Source of the DNA: the human T2T-CHM13v2.0 reference genome, Homo sapiens
Length of the DNA stretch: 64,000 bases
NCBI RefSeq assembly: GCF_009914755.1
Contig: NC_060928.1
Reading direction: 5' to 3' (one strand)
A program made the translations under genes and the position numbers. Positions within the stretch are counted from its first letter, which is position 1; the number at the start of each line of letters is the position of its first letter. The notes under the pieces are model-generated. The model was not told the origin of the DNA and ran no database searches. It saw only the letters and a list, made by a program, of their open reading frames with translations. Shown here piece after piece: positions 59,009 through 64,000 of this stretch.

Positions 59009-62000
59009 CAATCATGTGGTGCTTAACAATGAGGATAAGTTCTGAAAGACACATTGTTAGGTGATTTCAGCATTATGTAGACATTATAGAATGTACTTAC
59101 ACAAACCTAGATGATATAGCTACTACACACCTATGCTATATGGTATAGTTCATTGCTTCTAGGCTACAAACCTGTGCGCATTTTTACTCTACTGAATACT
59201 GTAGGCAGTTCTATCACAGTGGTAAGTATTTGTGTATCTAAATATAACATACAGAAGGTACAGTAAAAATACAGCATAAAAGTAAAAAAATGGTGCACCT
59301 GTGTAAAAAACTTACCATGAATGGAACTTATGGAACTAAGAGCTGCTTTGGGTGAGTCAGGGAGTGAGTGGTGAGTCAATGTGATGGCCTAGGACATTAC
59401 TGTACATTACTGTAGACTTTATAAACACTATACATTTAAACTCCATTAACTTTATTAAACAATATTTTTCCTTCTTCAATACTAACTTAACCTTAGTTTA
59501 CTGTAACATTTTATTTTGTACATTTTTAATTTTTTTAAGTTTTGGACTCCTTTGGGATAATACTTGTGCAGCTATATAAAATATTTTCTTTATATGCTTA
59601 TTCTGTCAGCATTTTTCTATTTTTACTTATTAAACTTTTTGTTAAAAACTAAGGCATAAACACACATATTAGCCTAGGCCTACACAGGGTCAGGATCATT
59701 GATATCACTGTCTTCCAGCTCTGCATCTTGTCCTATTAGAAGGTGTTCAGTAGCAATAACATGCATGGAGCTGTCATTTCCTATGATAACAATGCCTTCT
59801 TCTGGAATACCTCCTAAAGATCTATTTGAGACTGTTTTACAGTTAACTTTTTTTTATATACAAGTGGAAGGAATGCACTCTAAAATGATGATAAAAAGGA
59901 TACTATAGTAAATACATAAACCAGTAACTGTTATTATTATCAAGTATTATGCACTGTACATAATTGTGTGTGCTATACTTTTATATGACTGGCAGTGCAA
60001 TAAGTTTGTTTACACCTGCTGTATTAGTCCATGTTCATGCTGCTGATAAAGACATACCCAGGACTGGGAAGAAAAAGAGATTTAATAGGACTTACAGTTC
60101 CATTTGGCTGGGGAGCCCTCAGAATCATGATAGGAGGAAAAAGGCACTTCTTACATGGTGGTGGCAAGAAAAAATGAGGAAGAAGCAAAAGTGGAAATCT
60201 CTGATAAACCCATCAGATCTCACGAGACTTACTCATTATCATGAGAATAGCAGGGAAAGACTGGTCCCCATGATTCAATTACCTCCCCCTGGGTCCCTCC
60301 CACAACACTTGAGAATTCTGGGAGATATAATTCAAGTTGAGATTTGGGTGGGGACACAGCCAAACCATCTCATTCTGCCACTGGCCCCTCCAAATCTCAT
60401 GTCCTCACATTTCAAAACCAATTATGCCTTCCTAACAGTCCCCCAAACTCTTAACTCATTTCAGCATTAACCCAAAAGTCCACAGCCCAAAGTCCCATCT
60501 GACACAAGGAAAGTCCCTTCCACCTATGAGCCTGAAAAATCAAAATCAAGCTAGTTATTTCTTAGATACAATAGGGGTACAGGCATTGGGTAAATAAAGC
60601 TGTTCCAGATAAGAGAAATTGGCCAAAACAGAGGGGTTACAGGGCCCATGCATGTCTGAAATCCAGCAGGGCAGTCAAATTTTAAAGCTCCAAAATGATC
60701 TCCTTTGACCCCAGGTCTCACATCCAGGTCACGCTGATGCAAGAGGTGGGTGCCCATGGTCTTGAGCAACTCCACCTCTGTGGCTTTGCAAGGTACAGCC
60801 CTCCTCCTGGCTGCTTTCATGGGCCAGCATTGAGTGTCTGTGGCTTTTCCAGGCGCATGGTGCAAGCTGTCAGTAGATCTACCATTCGGAGGTCTGGAGA
60901 ATGGTGGCTGTCTTCTCACAGCTCCACTAGGCAGTGCCCCAGTAGGGATTCTGTGTGGGCTCCGACCTCACATTTCCCTTCCACACTGCCCTAGAAGAGG
61001 TTCTTCTTGAGGGCCCCACCCCTGCAGCAAAGTTTTGCTTGGGCATCTGAGCATTTCCATACATCTTCTGAAATCTAGGCAGAGGTTCTCAAACCTCAAT
61101 TCCTGACTTCTGTGCACCCACAGGCTCAACACCACATGAAAGCTTCCAAGGCTTGGGGCTTCCACCCTCTGAAGCCACAGCCCGAACTCTATATTGGCCT
61201 CTTTCAGCCATGGCTGGAGTGGCTGGGATGCAGGGCACAAAGTCCCTAGGCTGTACATAGCACAGAGACCCTGGGCCTGGCCCACAGAACCACTTTTCCT
61301 CCTGGGCTTCTGAGCCTGTGATGGGAGGGCCTGCCGTGAAGGTCTCTGCCATGGCCTGGAGACATTTTCCCCATTGTCTTGAAGATTAACATTAGGCTCC
61401 TTGCTACTTATACAAATTTCTGCAGTCAGCTTGAATTTCTCCTTAAAAAAAAAATGGGTTTCTCTTTTCTACTGCATTGTCAGGCCGAAAATTTTCTGAA
61501 CTTTTATGCTCTGTTTCCCTTGTGAAATGGAATGCTTTTAACAGCACCCAAGTCACCTTTTGAATGCTTTGCTGCTTAGAAATTTCTTCCAACAGATACC
61601 CTAAATTATCTCTCAAGTTCAAAGTTCTACAAATCTCTAGGGCAGGGGCAAAATGCCACCAGTCTCTTTGCTAAAACATAACAAGAGTCACCTTTGCTCC
61701 AGTTCCCAACAAGTTCCTCATCTCTGTTTAAGACCACCTCAGCCTGGACCTTATTGTTCATATCACTATCAACAACATTTTTGTCATAGCCATTCAACAA
61801 GTCTCCAGGAGGTTCCAAACTTTCCCACATTTTTCTGTCTTCTTCTGAGCCCTACCAAACTGTTCCAACCTCTGCCTGTTATCCAGTTCCAAAGTCACTT
61901 CCACATTTTCAGGTATCTTTTCAGCAACAGCCCACTCCTGGTACCAATTTACTGTATTAGTCTGTTTTCATGCTGCTTATAAAGACAGATTTGAGACTGG

Positions 62001-62467
62001 GAAGAAAAGGAGGTTTAATTGGACTTACAGTTATACATGGCTCGAGAGGCCTCAGAATCACAGTGGGAAGCAAAAGGCACTTCTTACATGGTGATGGCAA
62101 GAGAAAAATGAGGAAAAAGCAAAAGCGAGAACTCCTGAGAAACCCATCAGTTCTTGTGAAACTTAATTCACTATCATGAGAATAGCATGGGAAAGACCGA
62201 CCCCCATGATTCAATTACCTCCTCCTGGGTCCCTCCCACAACACGTGGGAATTCTGGGAGATACAATTAAAGTTGAGATTTGGGTGGGGACACAGCCAAA
62301 CCATATCACCTGCATTACCACAAACATATAAATAATATGCTGCACTACAACATTAAGACTTCTATGACATCATTGGGCAGTTTTTCAGCTCCCTGATAAT
62401 CTTATGGGACCACTGTTGTATAAACAGTCTGTTGTGGACCACAGTGACACTATATGGTGCATGACTA
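59009..62467 (+). mobile_element. Tigger3 (Tigger3b-like) DNA transposon split by THE1A
   Basis: Ends CAATCATGTGGTGCTTAAC / TATATGGTGCATGACTA with TA flanks; about 1.17 kb after removing THE1. Confidence 0.87.
60020..62308 (-). mobile_element. Complete THE1 (THE1A-like) MaLR: LTR 61953-62308, internal 60373-61952, LTR 60020-60372
   Basis: Two direct LTRs of about 355 bp, 1580-bp internal region, exact TSD CCTGC at 60015-60019 and 62309-62313. Confidence 0.93.
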
Positions 62468-63551
62468 TACACAAAAGCGTCTCAGGATCTTAAGGAAATG
62501 AATGAGAAAAGTCTCCAGCAATAGAATTTCTAAGAACCTTAAGGGCACTGTCCCACAGCAACTAAAAGAAAGCCTAGCATAAAAAAAGGGCTACTTTCAG
62601 GAGACTTATGAGTGTGGCTTTTGTCTAGTGAAGTAGATTGTAAATTGATATATGAGAAATCCACAAGGCTTTTATAGGAATTATAACATCTTGGACTAAT
62701 ATGATAAAAGTCAAGGGCAAACGTTGTATTCCTTCACTGCTACAATTAGGAAACCAGCTGAGAAAAGCACTCAGCTGCAAATATGGACCATTTTTTAATG
62801 GAAAAGGAAGGATGACTCAGAGGGTGAAACTGAGACCTCAGAAGCTGAAACCAAAAGCCATATAAAAAAGCAACTCTCAGAGAACATAAAGCTGAGTCCT
62901 ACTCAAGAAACTGGCAACATGTTCCCAGCTGCAATTAAGAATTGCTACAGCACAGTGACTATTGTATACCTCCCGTTTTCTTGCCTTTTTAATGGAATAG
63001 TCTATAGTCATGATCCTATGCTTGTCCTACCAATATATGTTTAGGGATTGGGAGGCAAGTAACTTGTCTGCATAGTTCATAGGTCTTCAGATGCAGACAA
63101 ACCAAACCACTCCTGAAGATATGAGAATCAGAAGAAGCTCATCCATGCCTGGACCTGGTCTAGGTGAAAAGTTTCTAGAATTTGACACCTACACTGTTAC
63201 TATAAAAGAGAATTTGGAAAAGTCTTAGAGATGAGCATATTATAAAAAGTTGTAGGAACACAAATGATTTATAGCCAAAGGTCAGAAGTGGAGATTTACA
63301 AATTATGTCCACAAATGTTTGACACTTCTGCAATTGAGAGGCAGGTTTTATTTCTCCTGTCCTTGAATTTAGGCATGCGTGTAACTGCTTCAATTAACAG
63401 AGTTCAGTGAAATTGGCACAGTGTGATATGCAAGGCTAGGTCATAACAAGAATGAAACTTTGGCTCAAATTTGGCCGTGGACCCCTGAGCCATTATGTAT
63501 GATGAGTCTGACTGCCCTGTGGTCACCATGCTTTCAAAAAGCCATGTTAGT

Positions 63552-63838
63552 GGCTGAGTGCGGTAGCTCATGCCTATAATCTCAGCACTTTGGGAGGCAG
63601 AGGCAGGTGGATCACCTGAGGTCAGGAGTTTGAGACCATACTGGCCAACATGATGAAACTCCGTCTCCACTAAAAATTCTAAAAAATTAGCTGGGCATGG
63701 TGGCGCATGCCTGTAATCCCAGCTACTAGGGAGGCTGAGGAAGGAGAATCTCTTGAACCCGGGAGACGAGGTTACAGTGAGCCAAGGTTGCACCATTGCA
63801 CTCCAGCCTGGCTGACAGAGTCTCAAAAAAAAAAAAAA
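63552..63838 (+). mobile_element. AluS
   Basis: Full Alu; TSD AAAAAGCCATGT on both sides. Confidence 0.93.
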
Positions 63839-63934
63839 GCCATGTCAAATAGATTACTAGAATCTTCTTTTTCTTCTGTAATTACACAGCTACATGATAG
63901 TCATTAATATTTAACAGTTTCATTTATTAATAGG

Positions 63935-64000
63935 TTTTTTTTGACATGGAGTCTCACTCTGTTGCCCAGGCTATAGTGCAGTGGCATGATCTTGGCTCAC
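63935..64000 (-). mobile_element. Alu 3' end (runs off the window)
   Basis: Poly(T) followed by GGAGTCTCACTCTGTTGCCCAGGCT. Confidence 0.88.

Larger units (their letters stand above)
57882..63860 (+). mobile_element. Ancient MLT1(F/G/H-like) MaLR: LTR (about 57882-58435), internal region and second LTR (from about 63288), with nested insertions
   Basis: Two diverged LTR-like starts share AAAATTCTATGACA/ACAAATGTTTGACA and GCTAGGTCATAA; TTTGGTACCTAGAAG...TGCTGCTGTAAC marks the MLT1-int start. Confidence 0.6.

Noticed and set aside
59964-62214. Several 67-168 aa ORFs
   Set aside because: Lie within THE1 LTR/internal sequence; fragmentary, with no intact MaLR ORF

Overview
Primate (human-like) genomic DNA: AT-rich, gene-poor and mostly made of transposable elements. 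I found no intact cellular protein-coding gene, tRNA, rRNA or CRISPR array. The recognisable protein-coding ORFs are LINE-1 ORF1/ORF2 remnants and a decayed ERV gag; the rest look like chance ORFs. Main elements: 13 Alus or Alu fragments; two tandem, 5'-truncated L1PA copies (32.8-40.2 kb); short L1PA 3' ends; many old L1M pieces; solo LTRs with recoverable TSDs (MLT2A, LTR8-type, MER50-type, LTR12, MST); a truncated HUERS-P-like provirus (LTR, tRNA-Pro PBS, gag); a complete two-LTR THE1A nested in Tigger3 nested in an MLT1 element; and several DNA transposons (Tigger2, MER20, MER1B, MER30, MER44). Subfamily names come from recall of consensus sequences and need RepeatMasker/Dfam confirmation. 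I see no solid evidence for a novel biological system. The best leads are strong splice-site pairs suggesting unannotated spliced non-coding transcripts on both strands, TE-derived regulatory modules (LTR12 CCAAT array, GGAA microsatellite), and several repair or rearrangement scars.
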